Origin: an uncultured Myxococcales bacterium
GTDB taxonomy: Bacteria > Myxococcota_A > UBA9160 > UBA4427
Assembly: GCA_965603475.1 (NCBI GenBank)
Contig: CBFDDD010000002.1
Coordinates: 57,531-121,530, forward strand
DNA length: 64,000 bases
Direction: 5' to 3'
The translations under genes were made by a program, and so were the position numbers. The notes below the pieces were generated by a model that did not search any database, had not been told where the DNA came from, and saw only the letters and a list, made by a program, of their open reading frames with translations. Positions 28,101 through 36,968 of this stretch are shown piece after piece; within the stretch, counting starts at the first letter, position 1; every line of letters begins with the position of its first letter.

Positions 28101-28577
28101 TTGGATCGCCGAACGAAGAAGGAACTTCTGGGCCGTCTGGAAGTCGATGCGCTGCGTATCTGCGCGCGCTTTCGGCTGCGCTATCGAGTACTCGAAGCGG
28201 AGCGGGCCAATGTAAAGAGCCGATACGGCATTTGCTTTTCAGATGGCACGATTCGGATTCGTCTGCGCCATGCCACTTCCGGCAATCCGCTCAAATACTC
28301 GAGCCTCGTGAATACATTGTGCCACGAGCTCGCGCATCTCAAGTATTTCAATCACGGTCCCGGATTCCAGACCTTCTACGCTGAAATTCTCGGTTGGGCG
28401 CGACGCGAGAGCATCTACCAACCCCGGGCGCTGAAAACGACTGCAAAGCGAATTGAAACGGACGCAATCATTCCCTTGGTACAAGGGCAGGAGGCCGTTC
28501 GGTTGACAGTCGATGAATCAGTGAACGCTGCGACGGACCAAGCCGCCTCAATGGGCCAACTCGAACTCTTCGAATGA
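28101..28577 (+). CDS. Zinc metallopeptidase, WLM/YgjP/SprT-like
   Basis: TLCHELAHLKYFNHGPGF (HExxH plus downstream His); preceded by IRIRLR...KYSS. Confidence 0.75.
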   Translation: MDRRTKKELLGRLEVDALRICARFRLRYRVLEAERANVKSRYGICFSDGTIRIRLRHATSGNPLKYSSLVNTLCHELAHLKYFNHGPGFQTFYAEILGWARRESIYQPRALKTTAKRIETDAIIPLVQGQEAVRLTVDESVNAATDQAASMGQLELFE

Positions 28578-28709
28578 CCGACAAGTGATCCGAGGGCAAT
28601 TCGAAATGGAGACTGTTGGAGTTTGCCGCCAGGAGGCATCTCGCAGGAGGCCCGCTATCGGCGCAATTAGATGCAAGTACAGTGGGGGTGGTGGAGCGGA
28701 GTGCGGACC

Positions 28710-28928
28710 CTAGCCAGCGTTCGAGGCGGTACGAAGCTCGTCGACTTCTTCGAGGTTATTGGGTCCTTCAACGATCTTGCAGTCGATCTCGTCGACTGCG
28801 ATCGACTTGTCGAGGATCTGACTGATCAGGCTATCGACGCTCAGTTCGTCGTACTCAGCCAGTCCGTCTTCCAAGTCGCTCTCCGAAATGGAGAATTCGA
28901 GTGCGAGCTTGATCTTGATATCGTTCAT
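28710..28928 (-). CDS. Small acidic hypothetical protein
   Basis: 72 aa with ATG and GAGGA RBS; protein-like composition; fills an otherwise empty gap. Confidence 0.6.
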   Translation of the reverse strand: MNDIKIKLALEFSISESDLEDGLAEYDELSVDSLISQILDKSIAVDEIDCKIVEGPNNLEEVDELRTASNAG

Positions 28929-29301
28929 CGTTCTCTAGTTCCTCGGCCGTAGATCTCGGCCTTCATCGTTTGTAGCTCGGATCGGCGACCCGAAGGGGAT
29001 GGACTCGATCGCCATCCATCATCGCTATCCATGACATCGTCGCCATCTGCTGACTGCCGACTGTGGCCGTCGGTCCACCCGGAATGACTCAGCCGAACGA
29101 CCGTGTACTCCCGGTCGCTGCCGTCGCCGATTGATCTTCGACTCTTCTGTCATCCGTGGCTTCGGCCAAAGCGACGGCCTGGCCTGCAAGTTATTGAAAT
29201 TGCTTCGGAAATTCTGACTGAGCGCGGAGGATACAACAAGCGGCGGGACGCGGCTATTGGTTTTTATCGCAATTTCGGGCCCTTACGGTCGAGATCGGTG
29301 G

Positions 29302-29784
29302 CTATGGATTCACTCTCGCCTGTCGCTCATCGAGCCTCGCATGTGCTCCGATGAGGACCATGGACGCAAAATGCACCGCCAGGAAGAGTCCGATCGAAAG
29401 CCGGTGAAGGAAGCGGAAGCGTTCGCCGCTCTCCACTGTACTCGCCGCGCCAATCGTGCTCGGGCTAACCGCTGCGATCTCGGGCGAAATCCAGAGCTCG
29501 CTGGCTAGACAAACGAGGGCTAATCCCACCGGCAATGCGATGACCCAGCCCCTGCGTCCCAGGGCAGCCGCGGCTCCAGCAGCCACGAACGCCGCGGCCG
29601 CGCCGCCGAAGTGAAGAATCGTGAGCAGCGATCCCGCGAGATTGCCGGCGACGTCTCCTGGAAGAACCTGAAAGGCGATTCGCGAGACGACGAACGCAAA
29701 AAAGGCCCATGAACCGATCCAGGCGCCGAGGCTGGTCCAGAGTGCGGAACGGAGAATCGTTTGTATGAGAATCGATTGGCTCAT
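29302..29784 (-). CDS. DUF4149/TMEM205-like four-TM membrane protein
   Basis: WIGSWAFFAFVVSRIAFQVLP...AGNLAG; F..LHRLS pattern; four hydrophobic helices. Confidence 0.7.
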   Translation of the reverse strand: MSQSILIQTILRSALWTSLGAWIGSWAFFAFVVSRIAFQVLPGDVAGNLAGSLLTILHFGGAAAAFVAAGAAAALGRRGWVIALPVGLALVCLASELWISPEIAAVSPSTIGAASTVESGERFRFLHRLSIGLFLAVHFASMVLIGAHARLDERQARVNP

Positions 29785-29795
29785 TCGCCTGAGAC

Positions 29796-31667
29796 CTAGG
29801 AGGAAGCCGCCGTGCCATCCTGGGGTTCGAGCGTCTCGGGGTCGAGTCGTTCGGACTGCAGGTGCTGGGCGGAGTCGTCATCGAGCAGGTCACTGTGGCA
29901 GGCCGCCTTGCGACCCTCCTGGCTCATCGAGGATTGGGTCTTCGTCGCGAGGTGATGAATTTCCTCGGGAGAAAGCACCCCACGCTGGGCAAGAATTTCG
30001 CGCTGTGCAGGATTGAGGGCGGCCGAAATTTTGGGTTTGTCCCATTGGTAGGACTCGTCCTTGCCCGACACGAAGAGCGAAATTTCTTTGCTGATGCGAA
30101 CAGAGCACCAGTCGTGACCGCACATCGCGCAAAAATCTGTATCGACATCGAGATCTTCGTCGTGATAGGCGCGAGCCAGGTCCGGGTCGAAAGAAAGTTC
30201 GAAATGTTTCTCCCAGTTGAGAGCGGCGCGGGCCTTCGTGAGTTCGTCGTCTCGATCTCGAGCGCTGGGAATTCCCAGTGCGATGTCGGCGGCATGGGCG
30301 GCGATCTTGTATGCGACGCAACCTTGTTTGACGTCATCTTTCTTGGGCAGGCCGAGATGTTCCTTCGGCGTGACATAGCAGAGCATCGAAGCCCCGTGAT
30401 ACGCGGCCGCAGTCGCACCGATCGCGCTCGTGATGTGGTCGTAGCCGGGAAAGATGTCAGTGACCAGCGGGCCCAGGACATAGAAGGGCGCGCCGTGGCA
30501 GAGCCGGCGCTGGAGCTTCATGTTGAACTCGATTTGATCGAAAGGCACGTGTCCCGGACCTTCGATCATGACCTGACAGCCATGGCGCCAGGCGCGCTCG
30601 GTCAACTCGCCCAGCGCCTGCAGTTCGCCGAGTTGTGCGAGATCAGTGGCGTCTGCAAGGCCCCCGGGACGAAGTCCATCGCCGATCGAGAAGGTGACAT
30701 CGTATCGGCGAACAAGTTCGCATATGTCATCCCAGATCTGGGACATCAGATTTTCCTGCTCGTGATGGATCATCCATTTGGCGAGCAAAGACCCGCCACG
30801 GCTCACGATTCCGATCAGTCGCTTGGAGACGAAGGGCAAATGTTCGCGACGCACACCCGCGTGGATCGTGAAGTAATCGACGCCTTGTCTTGCCTGGTCT
30901 TCGAGACGATCGAGCACGGTCATCGCGTCGAGCTCCTCGATCTTTCGGTCGAGGATCATCGAGTAGATCGGCACAGTCCCGATCGGCACCGTCGAGGCTT
31001 TGCAGATCGCGTCGCGCGTCGCCGTGACGTCGCCCCCGGTGGAGAGATCCATCACGGTATCCGCTTCCCAGCGCTGGGCCCAGTGAAGTTTTTCGATCTC
31101 TTCATGGGTTCCGCTCGAAATCGGAGAGGCGCCCATGTTCGCGTTGACCTTCGTGAGAGAAGCGCGACCGATCGCCATCGGGTCGAGTCCATTCTCGAGA
31201 TGGACGCGGTTGGCAGGGATCACCATGCGGCCGGCGGCAACCTCGTCGCGAATTTCTTCGGCCGTTAGATGGGGCTCGCGCTCGGCGACCCGCTGCATGG
31301 CCGGGGTGACCGTGCCCACTCGGGCGTGCTCGAGCTGAGTGATCGGCTCGAAACCTTCGGGCGGCGAAAAACTGTAGGCGTTGGCCGGAGAAAGGTCCGG
31401 ATGGACCGGTTCAGCCGTCCGCTCGCCGTCGGGCAGCGACCGCCAATCGGGCGGCATGAAGTCCCAGGCCGTCTTGTCCGAGGGCTTCGGCATGCCGGGC
31501 GTATCGGGCGACGAGAATGCGCGTGCTCCCCCGATCTCGGGCGGATTCGCAAAGCTCCCCGGCGTCGTGCCCTGCTGTTCGGAAGACGGATTGTTGCCCA
31601 TTGTCGGCAACCCGAATTTCGAGATCAGGTCATCGGTCGTATTCTTGTTGGTCTTGGTCTTGGTCAT
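29796..31667 (-). CDS. thiC: Phosphomethylpyrimidine synthase
   Basis: [54 protein letters not shown] and C-terminal [10 protein letters not shown] Fe-S motif. Confidence 0.95.
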   Translation of the reverse strand: MTKTKTNKNTTDDLISKFGLPTMGNNPSSEQQGTTPGSFANPPEIGGARAFSSPDTPGMPKPSDKTAWDFMPPDWRSLPDGERTAEPVHPDLSPANAYSFSPPEGFEPITQLEHARVGTVTPAMQRVAEREPHLTAEEIRDEVAAGRMVIPANRVHLENGLDPMAIGRASLTKVNANMGASPISSGTHEEIEKLHWAQRWEADTVMDLSTGGDVTATRDAICKASTVPIGTVPIYSMILDRKIEELDAMTVLDRLEDQARQGVDYFTIHAGVRREHLPFVSKRLIGIVSRGGSLLAKWMIHHEQENLMSQIWDDICELVRRYDVTFSIGDGLRPGGLADATDLAQLGELQALGELTERAWRHGCQVMIEGPGHVPFDQIEFNMKLQRRLCHGAPFYVLGPLVTDIFPGYDHITSAIGATAAAYHGASMLCYVTPKEHLGLPKKDDVKQGCVAYKIAAHAADIALGIPSARDRDDELTKARAALNWEKHFELSFDPDLARAYHDEDLDVDTDFCAMCGHDWCSVRISKEISLFVSGKDESYQWDKPKISAALNPAQREILAQRGVLSPEEIHHLATKTQSSMSQEGRKAACHSDLLDDDSAQHLQSERLDPETLEPQDGTAASS

Positions 31668-31673
31668 GGTATA

Positions 31674-31795
31674 GGCCTTCCCTACGCGCGTATTCTGCTT
31701 TCACGCGGGGGGCCGCGCGAGCGAACACGAGATCAGGTTCGAAGGGTCTGCTCTCAGGTCGGCGCCCGAATCGAGCGCCCGACCACCCCCAGGCG
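31674..31795 (-). ncRNA. TPP riboswitch upstream of thiC
   Basis: Minus strand reads GCCU-GGGGG...CUGAGA...ACCC-UUCGAA-CCUGAUC...GCGUAGGGA-AGGC, i.e. all conserved TPP aptamer segments, with P1 GCCU/AGGC; ends 6 nt before the thiC ATG. Confidence 0.9.
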
Positions 31796-31837
31796 ATCAG
31801 TGAACAGGGTCTCAGCGTATCACGCTGGCAGCCCGAC

Positions 31838-32632
31838 TCAATCGCGAAGATCGCGCTTCTGATCGGAACCCGCTCGAGTGGGTGCGGAAGGTCCGGGCGC
31901 GGCGGGCAAGGGGGTATGGGTGGGACCCGGGCGGACGCTGCGCCAGGCGGCCGGGCCGATGTCCCAATCGATTGAACGAATGAGATCGCCCCTGCTGTCG
32001 AGCAGCCGATGTCGACCGACGAGACGGTCCGCTTCGACGTGAGCCTCGCTCTTGAGCCGTCCCCCGGCGGCTGTGGGGTAGAAACTTCGCGCCAGACCGT
32101 CTTCCCGCCCGGCCTGGTAGCGGGTTTCTGATTCGAGCGCGCCGTCGGGAAAATGCGTGCGCAGGGCGCCTTCCAGATGGCCCGAGTCGAAGTGGGCCTG
32201 GAACCAGACTGCGCCGCTTTCGTGGAAGATTTCGAGCTGGCCGGACCATTCACCCTCTTCCAGGAAGCCCTGGAGAAAGAGACTGCCATTCTCGTTCTGA
32301 ATCGCGACAGGCCCCGTCAAGCGAGATTCGACGTAATTGGCCTGGGTCCGCGTTCCCCCATTCGAATAGGTCTCCCAATACGGCCCGGTTCGGGTCGCGA
32401 TTCCGTTCTCGTCGTACCGCTCGCACCAGAAGGCGCGCACGTTTTTCGATGCTTCGCCCGCAAAGAGATCCGGGTCCGGCCGACCTGTGGCGAGGGTGGC
32501 TCCTTGCTCGCAGGCGAATACTGATTCCGCGGCGGGTTTGGTGGTGGAGCCGTCGGCCGAGGAATCGACCGCACGCGTGGACGCGGGAAATACGCAGACG
32601 AGCGCGAGCGCCGCGATTGCGGCGTGGATCAT
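31838..32632 (-). CDS. Exported MORN-variant repeat (YwqK-like) protein
   Basis: Signal peptide; repeated G.w..yyenG-type units (GPYWETYSNG, GQLEIFHESG, GALRTHFPDG, GLARSFYPT). Confidence 0.65.
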   Translation of the reverse strand: MIHAAIAALALVCVFPASTRAVDSSADGSTTKPAAESVFACEQGATLATGRPDPDLFAGEASKNVRAFWCERYDENGIATRTGPYWETYSNGGTRTQANYVESRLTGPVAIQNENGSLFLQGFLEEGEWSGQLEIFHESGAVWFQAHFDSGHLEGALRTHFPDGALESETRYQAGREDGLARSFYPTAAGGRLKSEAHVEADRLVGRHRLLDSRGDLIRSIDWDIGPAAWRSVRPGPTHTPLPAAPGPSAPTRAGSDQKRDLRD

Positions 32633-32738
32633 TCGACCGCTGAACCTGCCCGAAAAGACCGTCTCCACGGCGCTTCCTACGGTTGATCGGAAGGCTCGCT
32701 TGATGGTTCAGGTCGCGGGTCGCGCTACTGTGCGACCC

Positions 32739-33374
32739 ATGCCGGATCAGACCACCGCTCATACCCGATCTCCCAGACGATCGATTTTTCGTAGCTTGAT
32801 CACCACGACCGTCGCAGTCGCGATCACAGTCCTGACGGGCTGCGATCGAAATATCGAGCCGTACAAACCCGGCGAAGAGTCGAGTCCACCGGATCTGGCT
32901 CGAATCTTTCCGGGACCGGCTGGAGGGACCGCTGCCACCGAAACCGCGAATGCCGATTCAGGAACGGCGGATCGAAGCGCGCTGCCGCCGAGTCGGGCCG
33001 AAGGTTCCGCCGTGGCGAGCTCTGGCGGTGTGGCAGCGATCGAGGGTCGCATCGAGTTGGCACCGGAGCTGGCTGGGGCGCGGCCGGAGGCCGGCGTGCT
33101 TTTCGTGATCGCACGTCATCAGGGCACACAGGGCGGGCCACCACTCGCTGTGTTGAGGCTCCCCAATCCAGAGTTTCCCCTCGAGTTCAGCATCGGTCCC
33201 GAGAATGTGATGATCCCGAGCATGAGATTCGAGGGTGCGATCTCGCTTTCGGCGCGACTCGACGCGGACGGCAACGCGATGACGCGCGGAAGCGACGATA
33301 TCTCGAGCCAGGTCGAAGAACCCCTCGCGCCCGGTGCGACGGGTGTAAAGCTCGTCCTGAACGACCGGGGCTGA
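32739..33374 (+). CDS. Lipoprotein carrying a CcmI/CycH C-terminal-like Ig domain
   Basis: Lipobox VLTGC; IEGRIELAPEL...LFVIAR...GGPPLAV...FPLEFSIGPENVM...LSARLDADGNA matches the C-terminal domain of CycH/CcmI-type proteins. Confidence 0.65.
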   Translation: MPDQTTAHTRSPRRSIFRSLITTTVAVAITVLTGCDRNIEPYKPGEESSPPDLARIFPGPAGGTAATETANADSGTADRSALPPSRAEGSAVASSGGVAAIEGRIELAPELAGARPEAGVLFVIARHQGTQGGPPLAVLRLPNPEFPLEFSIGPENVMIPSMRFEGAISLSARLDADGNAMTRGSDDISSQVEEPLAPGATGVKLVLNDRG

Positions 33375-33393
33375 GTCCGGAGAACCGTCGCGA

Positions 33394-35505
33394 TCAGTCG
33401 CTCTCGCCCGGCGATGGCGGTGGCTGTGCTCCGAGCGAATCGAGCTTGTTGAGCGCGCCCGTTGTACCGGCGACGATGACGGTATCGCCTTCGACCAGGA
33501 TGTCGTCCCCGTGTGGAACGCGGAGATGGGCTCCACCCTCCGGTTTGCGAGACCGCACGAGCAAGACCTGAACCCCAACGCGTTCGCGCAACGCGAGTTG
33601 TCGGAGAGAGCTGCCCGTCACGTGGGGGGGTGCCATGATCTCACGTAGCTGATGGCCGTCGCCGAGATCGACAGTCTGGCCATGACCCGCAGCGCTCATG
33701 CTCGTCTGGAATCCGCCGGCAAGATCACGTCGAAGCTGCTCGCGATTGCTTGCCTCGATGACGTCCTTTTCGCGCACAGTGCCGACCAGCCGCTTGCCGT
33801 CGTCCGCATCGACGACCGCGAGCTCGTCGATGTGGCTCGCGCTGAAGATCTTCATCACGACCGAGAGATCGACATCGTCGGTCACCGTTGGATGCGCGGT
33901 ATCGACGAGGTCGCCTGCAACGACGACATGCTGGAGCGCGTCCTGTTCATAGATGAGGCGACGCAGTTCGAGCAAAGAGATTGCACCGAGGTGGTCGCCG
34001 TTCGGGCTCGAAACATAGAACTGAGAGTGATGGCTCTGGACGACGAGATCGAGAACGGTCTTGAAGTCGGCAGAAGCGGGCACCACCTCGGGGTCGGATA
34101 CGATCACATCGCGAACGAACAGACCCTTCAACACGTTCGGGTCCTTGGTTTCGAAGATGTCGATCCCCTGTCGTCGGAGTTTTGTCGTGTAGATCGAGTC
34201 GCGACTCAATAGCTGTGAGACGAGCGTGCTGATCACACAGGCCGTCATGAGGGCGGGGACGATGTCGATCGTCTGGGTGAGCTCGAAGATGATGATGATC
34301 GCCGAGACGGGTGCGTGTGTAGCCGCCGCGACGACGGCGCCCATCGTGACGAGGGCGTAGGCGCCGGACGAAGCGGTCGCACCCGGGAAATACTGCTCGA
34401 CGAGATTGCCGATGACACCGCCCGCCATCGCACCCATGAACAGGGAAGGGGCGAAAATTCCACCGGAACCGCCCGATCCGATCGTCACGGAGGTCGCGAA
34501 AATTTTTGCGAGAACGAGCGTTGCCATCAGTGCTGTGGGCAGCGCGCCCGAGAGCGCATCGGAGATCGTCGTGTACCCGACGCCGTAGACGTTGGGTAGC
34601 CAGATCGCAACCACCCCGACGATGGCACCACCCAGCGCCGCACGCGACCATTCGGGAAACGGGGTGTTGTCGAAGAAATCTTCCGAAAAATTAAGTGTTC
34701 GGATGAACGCTACGGCGACCAGTCCAGCCACGATGCCCGCCGCCATGTAGGGAAGCAGCTCGAAGGGGCTGACGATCTCGTAGTCCGGCACGAGGAACGC
34801 CGGATGATTTCCGATCGCATAACGCGTAATGACCGAGGCGAGGACCGAACTGATGACAATGGGCGTAAACTGTGTGACCGCAAAATCTCCGACGATGATT
34901 TCTGCGGCGAAGATCGCACCTGCGATTGGCGCGTTGAAGGTCGCGGAGATACCTGCTGCTGCACCGCAACCGACGAGGGTTCTGACACCGGCTGCGTTCA
35001 AACCGAGTTTTTGACCGATCGCGGATCCGAACGCCGATCCGATCTGTACGATCGGGCCCTCGCGGCCGACCGATCCGCCCGATCCGATCGAGATCGCGGA
35101 GGCGACCGCCTTGATTCCAACGATTCGCGCGCGGATGACACCGCCGCGAACGGCTACGGCTTTCATGACTTCGGGAACGCCGTAGCCTCGTGCTTCGCGA
35201 GCGAAGAAATAGATGAGCGGGCCGACGAGCAGTCCGCCCGCCGCGGGAATCGCAATTCGCCAATACCAGGTCAGCTGTTTCGCAGCCTCGAGAGGGTCGT
35301 GGGCCTCGGCCGCAATTCCTTCGTCGATGAGCAGGGCCAGCGCGTCGGGTCCCTCGAAGGCAAACGCCTGGACAGCACGAATCAGCAATCGGAAGAGCAC
35401 GGCGCCCAATGCGCCGGCAAGCCCGACGACCACCGCGGCGACGACCATGAATAGATGCCCGCCTCGTTCAAAGAGCTGGCTGGTGTCGGTGGAGGTCGTG
35501 GTCAA
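33394..35505 (-). CDS. ClC (EriC) chloride channel/transporter with CBS pair and C-terminal RCK_C (TrkA-C) domain
   Basis: GREGP, FNAPIAG, GGIFAPSL and SIYT; two CBS repeats; final RCK_C-like domain (GSSLRQLALRERVGVQVL...ILVEGD). Confidence 0.9.
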   Translation of the reverse strand: MTTTSTDTSQLFERGGHLFMVVAAVVVGLAGALGAVLFRLLIRAVQAFAFEGPDALALLIDEGIAAEAHDPLEAAKQLTWYWRIAIPAAGGLLVGPLIYFFAREARGYGVPEVMKAVAVRGGVIRARIVGIKAVASAISIGSGGSVGREGPIVQIGSAFGSAIGQKLGLNAAGVRTLVGCGAAAGISATFNAPIAGAIFAAEIIVGDFAVTQFTPIVISSVLASVITRYAIGNHPAFLVPDYEIVSPFELLPYMAAGIVAGLVAVAFIRTLNFSEDFFDNTPFPEWSRAALGGAIVGVVAIWLPNVYGVGYTTISDALSGALPTALMATLVLAKIFATSVTIGSGGSGGIFAPSLFMGAMAGGVIGNLVEQYFPGATASSGAYALVTMGAVVAAATHAPVSAIIIIFELTQTIDIVPALMTACVISTLVSQLLSRDSIYTTKLRRQGIDIFETKDPNVLKGLFVRDVIVSDPEVVPASADFKTVLDLVVQSHHSQFYVSSPNGDHLGAISLLELRRLIYEQDALQHVVVAGDLVDTAHPTVTDDVDLSVVMKIFSASHIDELAVVDADDGKRLVGTVREKDVIEASNREQLRRDLAGGFQTSMSAAGHGQTVDLGDGHQLREIMAPPHVTGSSLRQLALRERVGVQVLLVRSRKPEGGAHLRVPHGDDILVEGDTVIVAGTTGALNKLDSLGAQPPPSPGESD

Positions 35506-35571
35506 GGGGTGGCCTTCGATAGGAAAGCGCAGGGTAGCATTGCGAGTCGGTTCACGTGGTAGGCTGAAGGG

Positions 35572-36150
35572 ATGTCACGAGCCCCAAGCGATCCCGATTC
35601 CAATCCCCGTCCTTGGCGGATTCTCGCCGAAGACCATCTCCAACACTGCAAGGTCTTCGATGTCCATCGCGCCACGATGGAATCGCCGAGCACCGGCGAT
35701 CCCCATCCGTTTTTTCGGATTGAGTCCCCCGCATGGGTGAATGTCGTCGCGCTGACCGAGCAGGACGAACTCGTGATGGTCAGGCAGTGGAGACACGGCT
35801 CGCGGGCAGTGACCCTCGAAATTCCCGGTGGCCTCGTCGACCCTGGAGAGACACCCGCCGTGGCGGCCGCGCGCGAACTACTGGAGGAGACGGGATTTCG
35901 GGCCGGCCGACTGACCAGTCTTGGGTCGATCAATCCCAACCCCGCGCTCTTCGCGAATCGCTGCCACATGCAGGTTGCGCAGGGCTGTGAGCGAGTCGCC
36001 GAGATCCAGAACAGCGAGACCGAGGAGACGATCGTCGAGCTGCTTCCGTTGGCGGCGCTTCCCGAAACACTCCGCAGCGGCGGAATCGACCACGCGCTCG
36101 TCGTGGCGGCGCTCTATGCCTTCGAACTCTGGCGGTCGGGATCCGACTGA
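35572..36150 (+). CDS. Nudix hydrolase (ADP-ribose pyrophosphatase-like)
   Basis: Nudix box GGLVDPGETPAVAAARELLEETG; VRQWRHG. Confidence 0.9.
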   Translation: MSRAPSDPDSNPRPWRILAEDHLQHCKVFDVHRATMESPSTGDPHPFFRIESPAWVNVVALTEQDELVMVRQWRHGSRAVTLEIPGGLVDPGETPAVAAARELLEETGFRAGRLTSLGSINPNPALFANRCHMQVAQGCERVAEIQNSETEETIVELLPLAALPETLRSGGIDHALVVAALYAFELWRSGSD

Positions 36151-36533
36151 GCATCCATCCGTTCGAGCACGATCTCGACGAGCCGGTCGTCGTCGCCGAG
36201 AGGCAGGGTCGTTTCGATCGAGACGGTCGAATGTCGCTCTCGCGCGATCGCCACGAGTTGCGGGATCGTCTCACGCACGTGGTAGCCGATGCCCAGAAAA
36301 TGCAGATGCACGAGAATTCTGCTCGCGCCGCGTGAGACCAGACGGTCGATCGCCATGTCGAAATCGGGCTCCGCAAGTTCCATGTGCGCGTGTTCGACGA
36401 CCCAGTCCGGGCGTGCGCCGCCGACTCTTCTCGCCAGTTCGGCCAGGGGCGCATTGGCCGCGGCGCTTCGCGTGCCGTGGTCGACGATGAGGAGTCCGGG
36501 CGAACCGGAGGTGAATCGGGATGATCGGGGCAT
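36114..36533 (-). CDS. Short CbiX/SirB-family sirohydrochlorin chelatase
   Basis: LLIVDHGTR, AHMELAEP and GYHVRETIP (both metal-binding His residues present); single domain, 139 aa. Confidence 0.8.
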   Translation of the reverse strand: MPRSSRFTSGSPGLLIVDHGTRSAAANAPLAELARRVGGARPDWVVEHAHMELAEPDFDMAIDRLVSRGASRILVHLHFLGIGYHVRETIPQLVAIARERHSTVSIETTLPLGDDDRLVEIVLERMDAQSDPDRQSSKA

Positions 36534-36564
36534 CTTGAATTTCGCTTTCTTGCTGTATCGAACT

Positions 36565-36876
36565 CTACCAGTACAGGGCGCGAACCGTGAGATCGCCGCG
36601 CGGGCGGACCCGGCAGGCGAGGCGCAGCTCGGGGTCGATACGATTGCGCTCTTTGATCAGTCGCTCGCGATCCGTCTCCTGAGCCAGGCTGCCGGCCCCC
36701 TCGATGATCTGGAGTCCGCAGCGCGCACAGGCTCCGTTCTCGCCGCATGCGCTGGCGATCGGGAGGCCGACCTGCCGCGTGGCCTCGAGGAGCGTCATTT
36801 CCTCTACCTCGATGTCGATCGACCGGCCCGACGGCAGAAAGCGAATCGCGCATTTCATGATGCCGGAGTTTATCAA
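36565..36876 (-). CDS. 2Fe-2S ferredoxin
   Basis: CGENGACARC ... RLAC cysteine pattern. Confidence 0.85.
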   Translation of the reverse strand: MINSGIMKCAIRFLPSGRSIDIEVEEMTLLEATRQVGLPIASACGENGACARCGLQIIEGAGSLAQETDRERLIKERNRIDPELRLACRVRPRGDLTVRALYW

Positions 36877-36968
36877 GGGACCCGTGCGGAGGCGATTCCG
36901 TGAACGGGTTCCTCTGGGGGTGAAGCGCAGGATTTGGCGGCCCCTTTCATTGCGTTAAGTTATCCAGC

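Noticed and set aside
31838-32632. Toxin-antitoxin system based on YwqK-like repeats
   Set aside because: The protein has a signal peptide and there is no adjacent toxin; MORN-variant repeats are common in exported proteins.
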